Shown: positions 12,306 to 25,699 of the stretch, one piece after another
Layout: every line of letters starts with the position of its first letter
Position numbering within the stretch: position 1 is the stretch's first letter
DNA from: Moniliella sp. 'wahieum'
Taxonomy: Eukaryota
Assembly: GCA_003971905.1 (NCBI GenBank)
Contig: RSEE01000020.1
Span: 124,001-188,000 of the forward strand
Direction of reading: 5' to 3'
DNA: 64,000 nucleotides
Translations under genes and position numbers: made by a program
Notes under the pieces: model-generated
Database searches by the model: none
Told to the model about the DNA's origin: nothing
Seen by the model: only the letters and a program-made list of their open reading frames with translations

Positions 12306-13768
12306 ATGAAGCTCGTCGCGCTCCTCGTTGGTGGGCGCGACCACTCCCCCGCCGCTCCCATCGGCGCGGCCGACGCAGAACCCAAGGCACGCCGCCGCAC
12401 CCTCTCCTTCTCGCGCATCCGCCGCAAGCCACGCCCCTCCCCGACCCCAGACGCCCCGCGACCACCGCCAGCACCCCGCCCCCCATCCCCATCCCTCCTC
12501 CACCCAGCATCCCCTCTCGGCCAGCACCTGCTGCGCCCCTCCCGCGCCCTGGGGCTGTGATCCTGCCGCTTTCATCCCCCACGTCAGAGCTTCCCCCCAC
12601 CCTACCGAGCGCCTCCCCGCCAATTCCTTTGCCCCGCCCCGCCCCCTCCAGCCCCCACCACTTACCCATGGTTCCACCCCCGTCTCCGCCGCGCTTGCCG
12701 CGCCCACGCCATCGGTCCTCTGCCCCTCCGATTCCTTCCTCCGTCTTCCCGCAGGCGAGAGAGATTCCTCCAGCCCGCGCCCCGCGTCCTTTTACTCCGC
12801 TGTATCCTTGCCCCTTGCTACCCCGCCCTTACCTGCTGGTCCACCGACACCTACACGAACCCCTACTACTCCTCCCATCTCTCCGCCATCATCCGCGCCC
12901 GCCCCCAAAAACCTCGCCAAGACCCACTTGCTACCCGCCTGATGCACCTAACGCTCGCCTTTGGAGATAACCTGTTGACCGACGAAGAGTACCGCTCGCT
13001 TCGTACCAGTGTCCTGTCTGCCGCCGTCGACGCTGAGACGGGGACAGCCCATCACGACAATCCCGCCACCCACGACCCCACACTCTCTCCCCCCCACGAT
13101 CCGCCCATGAACGGGCGTCTGCAACGCTCTGGTTCCCTTGCCTCTCACAGCTCTCACACCTCGGCCCGCACGGCCCTGTCGCGCCTTACTCCGCCCCGGC
13201 GCACCGTGCAGGCCAAACGTTCCCTCCCGCGTCTCAGTTCGGGCGCCAGCCTCCTTCTGCCTCTACCGCCGGCAGCAGCAGCAGTGCCAAGGCGAAAGAG
13301 GATGTGCGGGACCGGGTGGCGCAGGAGCGCAAGCGCCGAATCTTGCATGGCCTCCCGCCCAGTGGCGATGGGCGCTACCCGCGCTTGGCCCACGACGTCC
13401 CCCCGCGCTCCCAGGCCGAGTTGCGCGCCGAAGTGCAGGTGCTGGAGCGGGAACAGAAGGCCGTGCTGGGCATCATTCTGCAGTTGCGAGGCCAACAGGC
13501 TGTTGTCGCTGGCGCGCCGGTCGACCGAACCGAGCCAGACGAGCACGTCGAGCAAGCCAACGACGCCGACCTGGATCGCGCCCGCCTCACCAGCCTCCCG
13601 CCGCGCCGCAGTTTTCTCAGTCTGCGTCGACCCAGCGTGGCGGTGGAACGGCAGGTGTCGCTGGCTGACCCGTTGGCCGAGGCGGTGGCGGCGCGGTACG
13701 AGGAGCGGGTGGCGGGGCTGCAGAGCGCCCTGAGGAGCGCGCAACTGCGCGAGAAGGCGATGCGCTAG
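12306..13768 (+). CDS. Hypothetical Pro-rich protein with C-terminal coiled coil (frameshifted)
   Basis: Chain of overlapping + strand ORFs (12306, 12328, 12942, 13304) ending in a heptad-like segment YEERVAGLQSALRSAQLREKAMR. Confidence 0.5.
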
Positions 13769-15378
13769 TGCTTCCGTAATGGGGTTGTGGACATGCATAG
13801 CATCTCACAGTGTGGTAGTCATGTTGGCCTATATATGTATGTACTACGACAAGGGGCCATTCAAAAGCAGCTGGCGGGGCCCGAGTTGTTGGAGATCAGG
13901 ACCATCACCTTGCTCGCAGTACTTTGATCGGTACTTGGAGCTCAGTGTGCTCGGTCTGAGAGGCTCAGGGCGCTCAGGACTCTTGTGGACTGTGGACTGG
14001 GAACTGACTGGTGCATGATGAGGACAGTGAGGTCGGGTGAGTCGTCGTGGGGTGGCGCTGTGGTATAGGGCACGGCAAGTGATTATACTAGTGATAGATG
14101 TTTTAGTGGTTAGTGTGATGCAAGTGATTTGTGATTTCACATGTGATTCGCGTCACGTCCTCTATTCAAGAGCGCGGTGCGATGAGGTCGATGAGGTCGA
14201 TGAGAAAGGATGAGCGGCAAGAGGGACGACGGATGGGTTGATGGGGGCCAAAAGAGCAAGCAAAGATCTAAGGCTGCCAAAACGCTATCGTGTGGGCAGG
14301 TTAATTAACAAGTGACGGAGCAGCAGCAGGGAGCACAGCTCGCCGCTATCCCCATAGTATCACGCTTTCAAGCGGGAGAGAGATCTTTGGGGCTCGACGG
14401 AATCCCATTCCCAATCTCAATATCCTGCTCTCTCACCATCAGTGCCTCTCGGTGATGGTCGGGTTCTACTATACACTACTACTAGTCCTCATCGGCGTAA
14501 GTAATAGGCGCGCGATGGGAAATTAGTCGTCCGTCAAAGGGAATACGTGGCTAGTCCAGTTTTGCGACACAGCTTTTGTGCCTTTTGCTCGCCCACCGGC
14601 GTGTCTCCACCTTCGACCCGACGGCCCACGAGGACTACCCCGGCGTCTGGATATCGACACCCAGCACAAAGCCCCCCCTCGCTCAGCATTACGGCGTCCA
14701 TGACCGTACTAAGCCCTATACATATTAGCACCATATTCACATTCACATTCATGGTGATGGAGAAGGTGGGGAAATCCTGGTTTGGGTATACACTTTTTGA
14801 CTCCAGTGGTATATAGGTAAGGCCTATGAAGGGATGAAGTGTGTGCAACGCCACACACAACCTCTGTGTATCGTACAGTCCCCTTTTGGTCTTTTTTTGC
14901 TGGCACGCTTCTCTTTCCGCCTGCAACTGGTCTCACGTAGGCAGGGCTGAACCCGTCATACGCCATACCGCTTGATGCTGCAGCAGAAGCCGGCATTATT
15001 GGCTCTCTCCTTCCAACGTGGCTAAGTAGCGGTCCTACCACTTTTCAACGCAAGGGAGAGGTCGAGTCGCGTGCGAAAAGGCCCTAGTGATTCATGTGTT
15101 TAGTAATTGAGCGAAACACTGAGGCACCGTGCGCTCCGCGATCATCGATGCAACCATATCCAATACTGCCTTCATGTCATACCCTCCGTACTAGCGCCTC
15201 CTATCTGCGTTGGCTTGGTTGCCCGGCCATACGGCCTGCTGCAGGCTTCATTGATCTGGTAAAAAAAATGGCTGGACAAAATATGGTATCGCGGGATCGT
15301 GGGGTAAAAGGGGAGGAAAAGATGACCCTCATCAACCTCATCCCTGAGGGGGGGGAGGCAGGGGTCTCGTCGAAGGGT

Positions 15379-17114
15379 TTATTTACTGAGCCCCACCCTA
15401 AGAAGGCAAATCAAGGCGGACAGGCATTTTGACCAAGAAATTCCATCGGCACGGCTTGTTGGTTGCCCTCGGCGACCCAGGAAGAAACCAGGGTACCAAA
15501 CGTACCTCCGGACGTGGCCGACGAGGGCAGGGGTCCAGGAGGAGCGGGTGGGTGAGCGGCCACAATGTCCGTCTCCCCTTCGAACCGGAGCGAGGTGCAG
15601 GACTTGGAGGGGGCACGCATTGCGTCTTTCTCCTTTTCCTCGCCGGGTAGGCCGAGAGTGGTTGGATGGTCTGGGACGAGGGGGAGGAAGGCACGCGCGG
15701 AGAGAAGGGGAAAAGTGCGAGTCGGGGGAAAAGGGATTGATCTCGAGACGGATCTCGCTTAGATCGGTCCCTTGCTTGGTCCAGCTCTTGTCCCCAGAAG
15801 TAATCGGATCGGCTGGCGCAACCCGAGTGAACGAGTCGGGAGATTCGAGGTCGAGGTCGAGGTCGGGGTGGACGTTGGTGTGAGAGAGACCACGGGGCGT
15901 GCGCGGTTCGTACTTCTCTCCGTGCGTCACCCTCAAGTCGAGCGGGGGCGGGACCTTGGCGTGCAGGAGAAACGGGTTGCGGTGCAGCACCGAGGACGTG
16001 CGGCTGCCCACATCGCTCTTGGTTGGTTCTCGCTGCAGGTCCGCATGCGCCGACCAAGTGAACTCGTCATGGATCCGGACCCGCCTGCGCGACGTGTCGT
16101 CGCGGTACAGCTCGAGGCACATCAGGACCAGCGCGAGATGGAGCGCGAGCGCAGTGTAGTACAATCCAAATCCAGCCCCTACATGAGCTTTCAAGCCGGT
16201 TTCCGATTGCGTCGAGATCATGATGGGCATCGGTAACGCTCCGGCGAGTGTATCCAGCATCACAGTTGATGGCAACCACACTTCCTGATTCGCTTGGTTA
16301 AACCCCCGCACATAGCGTCCAACCTTGATGCGCGTCACCACGGTCAAGGCCAACTCGGCGGCAAGCAGGAGCGGGAGGAGGAGGCAGTGGACTTGCTGGT
16401 ACTTGATCGACACTTTCTCCATCGTGGGATTGGAGCCGGGCGAGAAGCGAGACGTGGGGTGGCGCTGCGCAATGTAAAACAGAGCGAGGGGCATACTTGT
16501 GCCCGCGATCAGGACAACGAGCAAACCAAGACGACCAGCTGCAGCGATGGGATCGCACCCCATCCTGTGGGGAGCGCGGCGGTGTCGAGCGGCGTGGTGA
16601 ACAAGAGGGTAGCCAGCGTCGCGTTTTTCTCTGCCGCCTCCAGTTCGGGAGGAGAGGCGGTGAGATAGGCGGTTGAATTGACCCAGGGGATGCGCTCAAA
16701 GAACTGCGGGGACAGATGCGGGTGGAGCGAGGAACGCTGGCACAGATTGTGGGAGTTGAGGGTGGGCTGGGCGTAGCAGGTGCCCAACAGCCCATAGCTC
16801 AAGCGCAGGGGGCTCTGCCACGACGCTGGGTTGGGTGTAATTTCGCGGACGTAGTCGTAGAAGAGAGTGTCATTGATCGAACCTGAGCGCTTCCTGTTGG
16901 AGCGGCGGCTGATGCGGTCGTTGGAGACGGAGCCCCTGGTGGTGTCAAAGAGCTCTTGCGTTAGCCTCATGAGGTTGGCCGTGTTCTCCTTGCTGTGGCG
17001 TGGGGCAGGGAGGAGGTCGAGCATGGTCGCTGAGCTTTGGGACATGGGGGCCGGGCTGCAGAGCGGGAAGAGGAGGAAGGCGAGGAGGGCGAGGTGGAGC
17101 AGGGCGGCGACCAT
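15379..17114 (-). CDS. SUR7/PalI-like multi-pass membrane protein with disordered tail (3' end approximate)
   Basis: N-terminal TM MVAALLHLALLAFLLFPLCSP, claudin-like motif SYGLLGTC..C in the first loop, three more TM segments ending GAGFGLYYTALALHLALVL. Confidence 0.6.
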
Positions 17115-17918
17115 CGCTTGGCCTCGTCGTGTGTAGTGTGGTCGCGCATGGGGCGCAGATGGGAGGGGTGGAGGTGGTTGAGGGAGGGGGGCGAGATGGC
17201 CGGCTGCCATGCGATGGGGCGCAGCCTCTGCTGCGCGGCCACAGCTGACAGGCAAGCCCAGGGCGGTGGGGCGCATAACGGAACGCGTCGGGCAAATGAC
17301 ACAAAAGAATGGCCGCCCGCGTGCCTGATAAGATCTACGAGCACAGAGGACACAAAAGGAAGGCGTGTGGGTGTGCAGGCGGAATGGCGGAATGGGGCTG
17401 CACATGCCTCTGGGGGCGCAGATGCGGCAGGCGGGAAAGATGGCTCTCTGGCATGCCATTTCAAATTTCACCGCTCGCCCTGGCCTGTCTGGAGCCTTGA
17501 AGCTTGAGGCGCGGACCTGGAAAGAACCATTGATATTGATATCGATGTCTCCCAGTGGAGCACGCATCATGCATCAGATCTCAGAGATGCCAGGCGCAGG
17601 CCCCAGCCCCCACAGTTTTTTTTGCCCACAGACATCCAGCCAGGCACAGGCACAGGCGTGACGCGTGACATGTGACATGTGACGGGGCACGTGACGTGGC
17701 CTGATTAACTGATTTGGGGTTGGGGCGGTGAGTGACGTGTGACGCGTGACGAGCGGCGGGCATAGCCACTGCCGGCCACGCTCGGCGTTCAGGCAAGTTC
17801 AGCATTCAGCTGAACGTCGCCCACCCCTCCCGCCGCACCTCCCCCCGCTGCCTCCAGCCTGCCCAGGCCCAGGCCCACCCCCGCCCATCCGATCGCACGC
17901 TGGACGCGCAGGGAGGCC

Positions 17919-20808
17919 ATGGCGAGGGCGCTTGCACCGCGCATCCAGGCGCGTCTGCCCGCCACCATCCTCCTCCTCCTCCTCCCTTTTCTCTTCCTCG
18001 TCTCCGCCACCGACGACCTCCCCCGGCCCCCTCCCCCGCCTGCTACGTCCCCCTCCCGAGCTTCTCCATCTTCTCCGACGCCTCCAGCCCAGCCGATGTT
18101 GCCCTCGTGTCTGCCTTGCCCTCCACCTTTTCGGATCGATGCGAAGTACACGTAACTCTCGCCCCCGTGTATCTTGTTCTCAACATCACCGAGTCGGTCT
18201 GCCCCACCGCCTCCGCCCCATCGAGCACTGCCGATCGCGGTACGCGGCCCTACCCTACCCCCAGCAGCCTCTCCTCTCCATCTTCCGAGCCTCCCTCCCC
18301 CGATGCCGCCGCTACGGACCGCACCCATCCTGACGATGGCTTCTGGCGCCAATGGACGGGAAACAGGTGTGGATCCCGACGCTTCCCTTGGCCGGGACCT
18401 CTGGCGAAGTACCGAGCAGGAAGCAGCCAAGGAGTATGGCGAATGGATGGCTTCGATCGGGGGCGAGTCTGCTCCGGCATTTCTCTCCTTTTCCGATTGG
18501 AAAGAGCGCCACCTTGCTGAAAAGCAGAGGGAAGAGCAGGAGCGGAGAGAGCGCCGCAGGAAGGAAATGAAGGAAAAGAAGGAAAAGAAAAGTGGGACCA
18601 TGCGCATGTGGAGCCAACTAACGCTACTGCCGTTCCCACTTCCCCTCCTTCCCCTCCCCTTGATACACCTCGCAGCTCGGCGGCGGCTGCGTCGAATAAG
18701 GCACCCATCACCAGGCATACCGGCCCTGAACCTCCTCCCTCTCCCCACCTTGGTAAACAGCACGAGCGAGCCGACGCCAGCACCCCCATCTCAGTCGGAT
18801 GAGGTGGGAAACACCACATCCTCTTCCTCTGGCGAGGACCAACGCCCTTCCCCCTCTTCCCCCGCGAGGAGAATGCTGATCCCCGCTCAATCCGACCCGG
18901 GAAAAGAATTAGCGACGCTGCGCCACCGCCGCAACTTTGCCTCGGCAGATTGTGCAGCACAAGTCCAGCGTGCCAGCGGATCGGTCAAATTTGCCTCGGC
19001 GATTTGAATGAAAAGAAAGACCGATACCTGCTTGCGCCTTGCCCCGAGGAGACGATCATGAGATGTTTGTCACGATTGAACTGTGCGCGAAATCAAGGTG
19101 GATACGTTGGTGTTGGCCAACTACGAGTTCTTCTCCCGAGTCTTTAAGCGCGTCCGGTTCCGTGGGAGCAAGTCGCTTACCACCCCGTTGGAGGACTGGT
19201 CTGATTTGGGAACGTATCTCGCTCGCAACATGCGTGGACCGCAGGTATTTGGCGTTCCCTCGCATTTGCAACAATACCTCAAGTACATTCGCATTGATTT
19301 ACTGGATTATTATGGCACAGAGGCGTATTGCCCCCTGACTCTACTTCGGGTTATGGCCTGTCCCACTTTGACGGATGGGAGCTGGAAGACTTTGAGGACA
19401 AGCGCAAAGAGCAAGAGTTGGAAGAGGAAGAGTTGCGGATTGAGGAGGAAGAAGCACAAATTGACGTTGAAGCCCAGCCCACGCCACCTACTCCTCCTTC
19501 TCCAATGCGGCAGCCAGTACGGCAGTCCTGGAACCGACCACACTCATGTCTGAAGCGTTGCGAGAGATGATGATTCGATCCTTGCGTGGCCTCAATGCCT
19601 CATCCAACGAGGAGCCTTACTCTCCCGAAGACGATCATGAATTCTCCCGCTGGTCCGATGCACCTGTTGCATGGAACGACTCGCTGCCTTTCCTTCTCAA
19701 TGCTACGGAGAGCAATGCGACCAAGTCACGGCGTCCCCAGCGGCTGACGCCCACGGGGGCCGGAGGGGAATCGATCTACCGCTCCATCACTCGGCGGCTC
19801 AGTGCGCTCGAAGCGAACGCCAGTCTGTCCCTGCAGTATATGGAGCAAAGTGGGCAGATGCTCTTGGACGCTCTGAAGAGGATGGACCGGACGCGCGATG
19901 CACAGTTGACCCTCCTCAATCTCAGCAACACCAACGAGGTCCAAACCCTGCGCCGGCGACACCACATTGACCTACAGAGGATGATGTTTGAGTCGGATGT
20001 GCAACGTCTTGCCTGGGCTCAAGACAAAGCCGAATTGGTACAACGCATGCATCTCCTCAGTTCCGAGTTGCACTTTGAACGGCGCATGGATGCTGTGCAA
20101 CTAACCTTGCTCTGTGTGTTGTTTGGCCTGATTCTGCTCACGCGTGGAACCCATACCTCGGCCCTCGATCGTGTTCTGCACCGCTCTTACGGCCAGCACC
20201 ACCCCTCGTCCCCGTGCCTTGCTTCGCCTGCCCCCCTTGCCCCGCGAAAAATTCCCGCTCAAATCCACTTGCGGCGGCGGAGAAGGCCGCGCCGGGTACG
20301 GGGAGTTTGGGCGCCCTTCTTGTTCCTCGCCAGAAGGCACAGATCATTGAGGTGCGCTCACGCTCGGGCTCGGAGGGCGACATCACCCTCTCCGCCCCTC
20401 CCAAAGAGGCGAGGATGGCTACATCACCTCCCACACCTCGGAGTGGAGTGAAAGAGAAGACGTTCCAGTGGAGGATGTGCCTTCGCCTCCACGGTCTCCA
20501 CGAAGAATAGGAGTGCCGCTGGAACGTGTGCCTACCGATCGTACCCACACGAGCGACTGGTGCGCTTAAGCACCCCTCGCCCATTGTTTACCAAGCGTTC
20601 CAGCGGATCCGAGGGGGACGAGTCGGACGATGCGGCGCCGGTCCCGTTCCCGCTCTCTGACGAACCGGGCCCGCGTTTGGTCAGCCTCAAACGGTTCCTC
20701 CGCACCCGCTCTCATAGCGGCAACAAATCTCTCCACTCCCTCCCCTCTCCCAGAGCAGGCAGCTCCTCGCCTTCACTTGCCCCTGCTACGTCTAAACTCC
20801 GTCCCTGA
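17919..20808 (+). CDS. SLP1: Mid-SUN domain ER membrane protein (Slp1/SUCO family); frameshifted
   Basis: RRNFASADCAA, NEKKDRYLLAPC, IKVDTLVLANYEFFS, YYGTEAYCPLTLLRV, GGESIYRSITRRLSALEANASLSLQYMEQ, then coiled coil and TM. Confidence 0.85.
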
Positions 20809-20912
20809 GTTGGAGGGTCTGCCGCCCCATCACCTGCTTGTCCTCTGGGGGCCTGGGATCCCCTCCACCCAAACCGTACAAACTGGATTGGGGAACATGC
20901 ATGTTATATTTT

Positions 20913-22031
20913 TTATTCACCTGGTAGTTTATTCGGACTTAAAGAAGCGCTGGATCCCGCGGGTACGCTTGCTTTGGACAGGGGAACTGGGCGAATGGGA
21001 GCGTTTCCGTCCTCGGGCTGGACGAAGGTGCGTGGGTCGTAGGTTTTTTCTTGGCTCCGATGCGGGGACACCCCGTCGCGCCTGGGCTTTTCTGGACTCG
21101 TTTGTTTTGATCTCTTTTTTGGCCTTGGCTCGCGGGGGGCTTTCCTTGGCTCGCGGGGAGGGGCTTTCCTTGGCTCGCGGGAGGGGTTTTCCTTGGCTCG
21201 CGGGGGGGTTTCCTTCGCTCGCGGGGTTTTTTCCTTCGCTCGCGGGTTTTTTTCCTTGGCCCCGGCCCCATCCCCAGCACTCTTTGCCTTACCAAACAAG
21301 TTCTCGAGCCCACCCTTGTGTTCCTTCAAGGGCTGGACAAACGAAGGATCCTCGTTCCGCACATTGCTCACCTGGGTGGGACAAGGTAATGTTCCAAGGG
21401 AGCTTGCCATGGCACCAAACATGATTTCCACGCGTCCTTTCCCGATTTTGCTGCGGACGCGGAGGCGCTCGAGGATGGGCTGGATTGTGCACTGGCTCCT
21501 GCTGTGTCGGAGCCGTGTTCGGTCCCGAGCCCCAACCAAGCCGGAAAGTCCTTTTTGTCCAACACCAGCGGTTGACGGCCATGGATCGGTGCATCCACTC
21601 GGACGCAGGGACAGTGACGATGACAAACCCCGCAGGACCATAGACGACACCGAGTGCAAGGTAGCCGCCGTCGTGAGGGCGGAAGTAGTAGGGGGCACGG
21701 GTGCGTTCCGACCATTCATAAAAGCCTTGAACAAACAAGATCCCGCGTCCGCCCTCCTTGAGCAGGTTGCCCCACACGCCGCGCAGCACCGTTCGGCACG
21801 CGCATTGATGTACATCCGCTTCGAGGGGCGCACCCCCCAGTGCATCGGCTTCACCGTCACCTTGCCCTCCTCAACCTCCACGATGGGCTGGGGCGTGCCC
21901 GGAACCGACATTGTACCGCGCCCTGTACTCCGTCGGGGCTTCGGGGTCGACGTGGAGGGGGTCCGGCAACTGGGGGGCTACGTTCTCCACGTACTCGTCC
22001 CACGCGGCAGCATGGCAAAGCGGCCACACAT
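20913..22031 (-). CDS. SRAP-domain abasic-site processing protein (HMCES/YedK family) with repetitive basic tail; frameshifted
   Basis: Starts MCGRFA (catalytic Cys2); RARYNV, MHWG, YINARAE, QGFYEW, EWMHR, VSNVRNEDPSFVQP. Confidence 0.88.
21123..21260 (-). repeat. ~21-bp coding minisatellite, ~6 copies, encoding PRAKE(K/N/T)x
   Basis: Repeated TTCCTT(G/C)GCTCGCGGG core on the + strand. Confidence 0.85.
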
Positions 22032-22068
22032 GGTGTGCAGACGTTGGAAGGCGAGCGGCAGGACGCGC

Positions 22069-22145
22069 TGGGGCTGGGGCTGGTGCAGGTGCTGGTGCTG
22101 GTGCTGGCTGGTGCTGGGCTGGGGCTGGTGCTGGGGCTGGGGGGC
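22069..22145. repeat. (GCTGGK)n hexamer repeat just upstream of the SRAP start codon
   Basis: Seen directly. Confidence 0.75.
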
Positions 22146-22498
22146 AGCAGACTCGAACCGAGAGACCTAGTATCCCACTCGTATCCCTCGCCACTGCTGC
22201 CGACCCCGTGCGGGCAGTATCGGTACAAACGGGGTATGGCCTGGTCCTTCGCACAGGCCAGGTTGGCTGGGAGATAAAAGGTCGGTTTAATTTAGTATCG
22301 CTAGCTTTTTGATTGCATTGCCCCAGCTGGAGATGATGACGTCGCTGTGACGTTGATGGCCAGACTTCAAGCTTCTATGGCGTGCCACACTTGGCCGGCC
22401 CCATATGCCGCTATCCATATCATTAACCGTTGACCATCATGATGCTCAGACGAGAGGCATTCTTCATCCATTCCCCCACGCCCACCCCGCCCCCTGGG

Positions 22499-23724
22499 CT
22501 ACGCCGTCCAGACAAACAGCGCGATGCGTCCCACGAGCCCGACAGCGCGTGTCCGTCCCGCTGACAGCCAGGCTGGATACCCTGCTCTGGTGGCCCACCA
22601 GGGTCGCGGTTCGTTCAGCCGCAATGGTCCCACAACAGGATCTCGGGCCCATCGTAGCCCACGGCCAACAGCCGTCCGGAGCGAGCAAAGCTAGGTCGTC
22701 ACGGGCTGCGTCAGCATCGAGTTGCTGTACGCTGCCAGGCCGGTCGGCGCGCAGGTCAAACAACTTGCACGTCGCGTCTTCCGAGCCGGTGGCCAACGCA
22801 TTCCCGTCGGGAAACATGCTGATCGCATTGATGTCCGAGTCGTGGGCATGGAAGCTCTGGACGGACCCTTGGTGGGCACACGCATGTCCCATACCTTGGC
22901 ACCCCGTCGCACGCACCCGATACAAATAAGCTGGATGCACCGGACTCAGGTCCAAGGCCATCACCTCGGCCGAGTGCTCAAAGTACTCGGCTTTAGTTTG
23001 GCCGGTGGCCAGGTCCCACAGCCGGCAGCTGTGGTCGCCGGACGACGTTACCATCTCTGCCTCGGAAAGAAAGCGGCAGTGGGAGACAAATGCATCGTGG
23101 CCCACCAGCTGTTGCACGGGTTGCGACGCGTACGCCATGGTCATCGCGATCTCTTCGGGCGTGGCGTGCGCATCCATGGCAGGCAAGCGGAACAGATGAC
23201 ACGCATTCTCCAACCCGCACGTGGCCACCATCTGACCCGAGGGCGCGTAGGCACAGTCCATCACCCACTTGAACGGGAGCGGCAAGGCATGACCTTGTTG
23301 TTGGTGTAGGCGTCCCAAATGATCATCTTGCCATCTTGGCTCACCGATACGAGATGGCGCGAATCGGAGGCCCAGTTGACAGCATAAATCTTGGACAAGT
23401 GGCCATTCAGTGTTCGACGCACGCGCAGCTGCGGCCTCGCGCCAAGGGCGGCACTCCCTCCACCCCCACGCTCGCAACGTGGTATCGCCAAGGCTTCCTT
23501 TTGGGCGGCCACCCGCGCCTTGAGCCCTTCGGCTGCGCTGCGGGCGGAAAGAATGCGCTGACGGAGCGCCTCGGCCTGTTGCTGCTGCAGTGGACCGAGG
23601 GAAGCAGGGGCAATCTGCGACACACTTCCGGCGCTTCGACCTTGGGGCGCCGCCACGTGGGCCGAGTGGGGAGAAGAGGAGTGAGGGGTTGGCAGGCTGA
23701 CGGAGGGGTGTCATGGGTAGCCAT
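22499..23724 (-). CDS. Heterotrimeric G-protein beta subunit (WD40), divergent; frameshifted
   Basis: N-terminal helix [11 protein letters not shown], then [99 protein letters not shown]. Confidence 0.9.
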
Positions 23725-24658
23725 CTTGCAGATCTCTAGATGGATGCCCAGTGGTGGTCGTGGCCAATGTTCCGGTACGTGGGAATGGCGAGTGGATATA
23801 TCATACAGGGTAGAACGAACGACGCGCATCTACCACGATCTGCCAGCCCATGTTGTGGTGCAGTATGGAAACGAGGCACTGGCCCCGTCCCACCGTCCTC
23901 CCCCACGAAAGGACACAAACGGCCAGGGTCTTGGTGCCCAGCCCGCGCCGCACGGGGGGAGCCAGTGGAGCATTGCCCGTCAGCCATTGCTCAGCTTTCG
24001 CGTCAGATCTGAGTCATTGTCACCGGTAGTCACGTGGCTGGGTTAGGAGCGATGCATGATGAGTACTGAGTACTGAGTTCTTGCCTGCGTCCAAGCTTGA
24101 CTGGCATCAAACTCAGCTGGGCGACCAAAGCCATAACAACTCGCAGTGCCTGTTATGTGCCCGCGCCTTTTTGCCGCTGGCCGAGGTGTTTCTATTGTTG
24201 GTGAGGTACAAAGAGAACTGTGCTCGGGAAGTATGCAGTGCCACGATCCTATCCCCAAGGGGATCCTGTTCTTGCCCTGGTCGGTCCCTATGCAGAACCG
24301 AACCAAGTCGGTGCGGGGTGTGTACGTGAATTTGCACAGTGGCGTCGCCCGCTCAGAGGCGGGAACCCAGTCTAGTAGTAGAGAGTGAGGAGTACGGAGA
24401 TGATTGAAGGCGTCGCCAACTGCGACCAAGAAGGGGGTAGGATGTTACGCCATGGATCCCCTCGGTCGGGTACTCGAGCGGATTCACGGGCGGTGGGGGG
24501 CATGCCGCAGGCTGGCAAGACTCATGCCGATAGTTTTGATAGCACCAAGGGTGCAAAGGCAGAAGGGTAAAGGCATGCTCTGATGCGAACGCCACGCGGA
24601 GGAGGCGGGCACGCCAAAGCCGAGCTGTGCTAGTCTAGTGTAGGGTGTCATGGCCCCA

Positions 24659-24944
24659 TTACGCCGCCGGACTTGGCTTGGCCGGAGTTGACTCGACCGG
24701 CGGCCAGCCCAGTTTCCTGCCGATGAACTCGCGCCAGAATTTCGGAGGGTCATTGGCGTCAAAGGCGGCTTGGCGAGCAGCCTCGTTGATTTCTTCGTTG
24801 CGAGCCGCGTCGTCGGCGGTGATGCCGCGGCGGGCTGCTCCTTCTCCAACGTGTCCTGGTACGCCAAGACGGGGGGATGGCGATGAAGGAGGAGAAAAGG
24901 GTGAAGCCGAGAACGACGGAGATGGGCGTGGTCCAGCGGGCCAT
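24659..24944 (-). CDS. Small hypothetical single-TM protein (frameshifted)
   Basis: MARWTTPISVVLGFTLFSSFIAIPP followed, after frame changes, by AARNEEINEAARQAAFDANDPPKFWREFIGRKLGW. Confidence 0.45.
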
Positions 24945-25634
24945 CGTGCTGGACGGGACAAGGCGCGGGTGTGGCAGACGGCTGGCAAGACTGTGCAGTT
25001 CCTGCTGTTGCCGCTCCCCTTCCGCCTAGCCCTGGCCAGAAGGCAGAACAGAACACCGGGCGCGGGCGGAGCGGAACGGTGCTGCAGCGGAATGCATTCT
25101 CCGTTGCACCGGCTGTCGTTCGAGCCAGGTGTCGATCCAGGGCTGGCGGGTGAGTTAATGGTGATGCAGCTGTGGCAAACGGCGGGTGGTGTGACAGTGA
25201 CACGTCAGTGCCAGTGACATGTGACATTGGGCGTGGGATACCTGACCGTCACGCGTCGGACGAGGAGCGCACTGCCAGCGTCGGCCAGCACGTCCCCACT
25301 GGGCAACGGGGGTGCTGTGGGGTGCTGCGTGGTGCTGAGGGCGTGGAAGGCGCGCCTGCTGCAAGGGACACGCCTGGCCGCTGCATGTGTGCTGGCCTCC
25401 CCGTCACCGGCCTGCACACTGCGCCTGTGCCCGCCGGGCGCGTCGTGGCTTTCGACGGCATTCCTCAGGCGAGCGCAGGACCGGTGAGCGTCACCCGGGC
25501 GCACCAGCCTGACCCAATTGTGCCTGCAGCGAGAGCGCCAGAGCGGTGCATGGCAGCTTCCAGCGGGGGGCAAGCCAGCGCACCGCAGCCCACGCAGCGC
25601 GCCCGACGGCGTTGGCGGCCAGCGACATCTTGGC

Positions 25635-25644
25635 TTTATTAAAA
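25635..25644 (+). promoter_or_regulatory. TATA-like element upstream of galE
   Basis: TTTATTAAAA island in GC-rich DNA about 60 nt before the ATG at 25700. Confidence 0.4.
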
Positions 25645-25699
25645 CGCGCTCCTCCCCGCCCGCGCCTTCTGGCCCGCTCCCACCACCATCCCCCACGCC

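Noticed and set aside
21123..21260. CRISPR-like array
   Set aside because: Head-to-tail coding minisatellite with no unique spacers, in a eukaryotic context with no cas genes.
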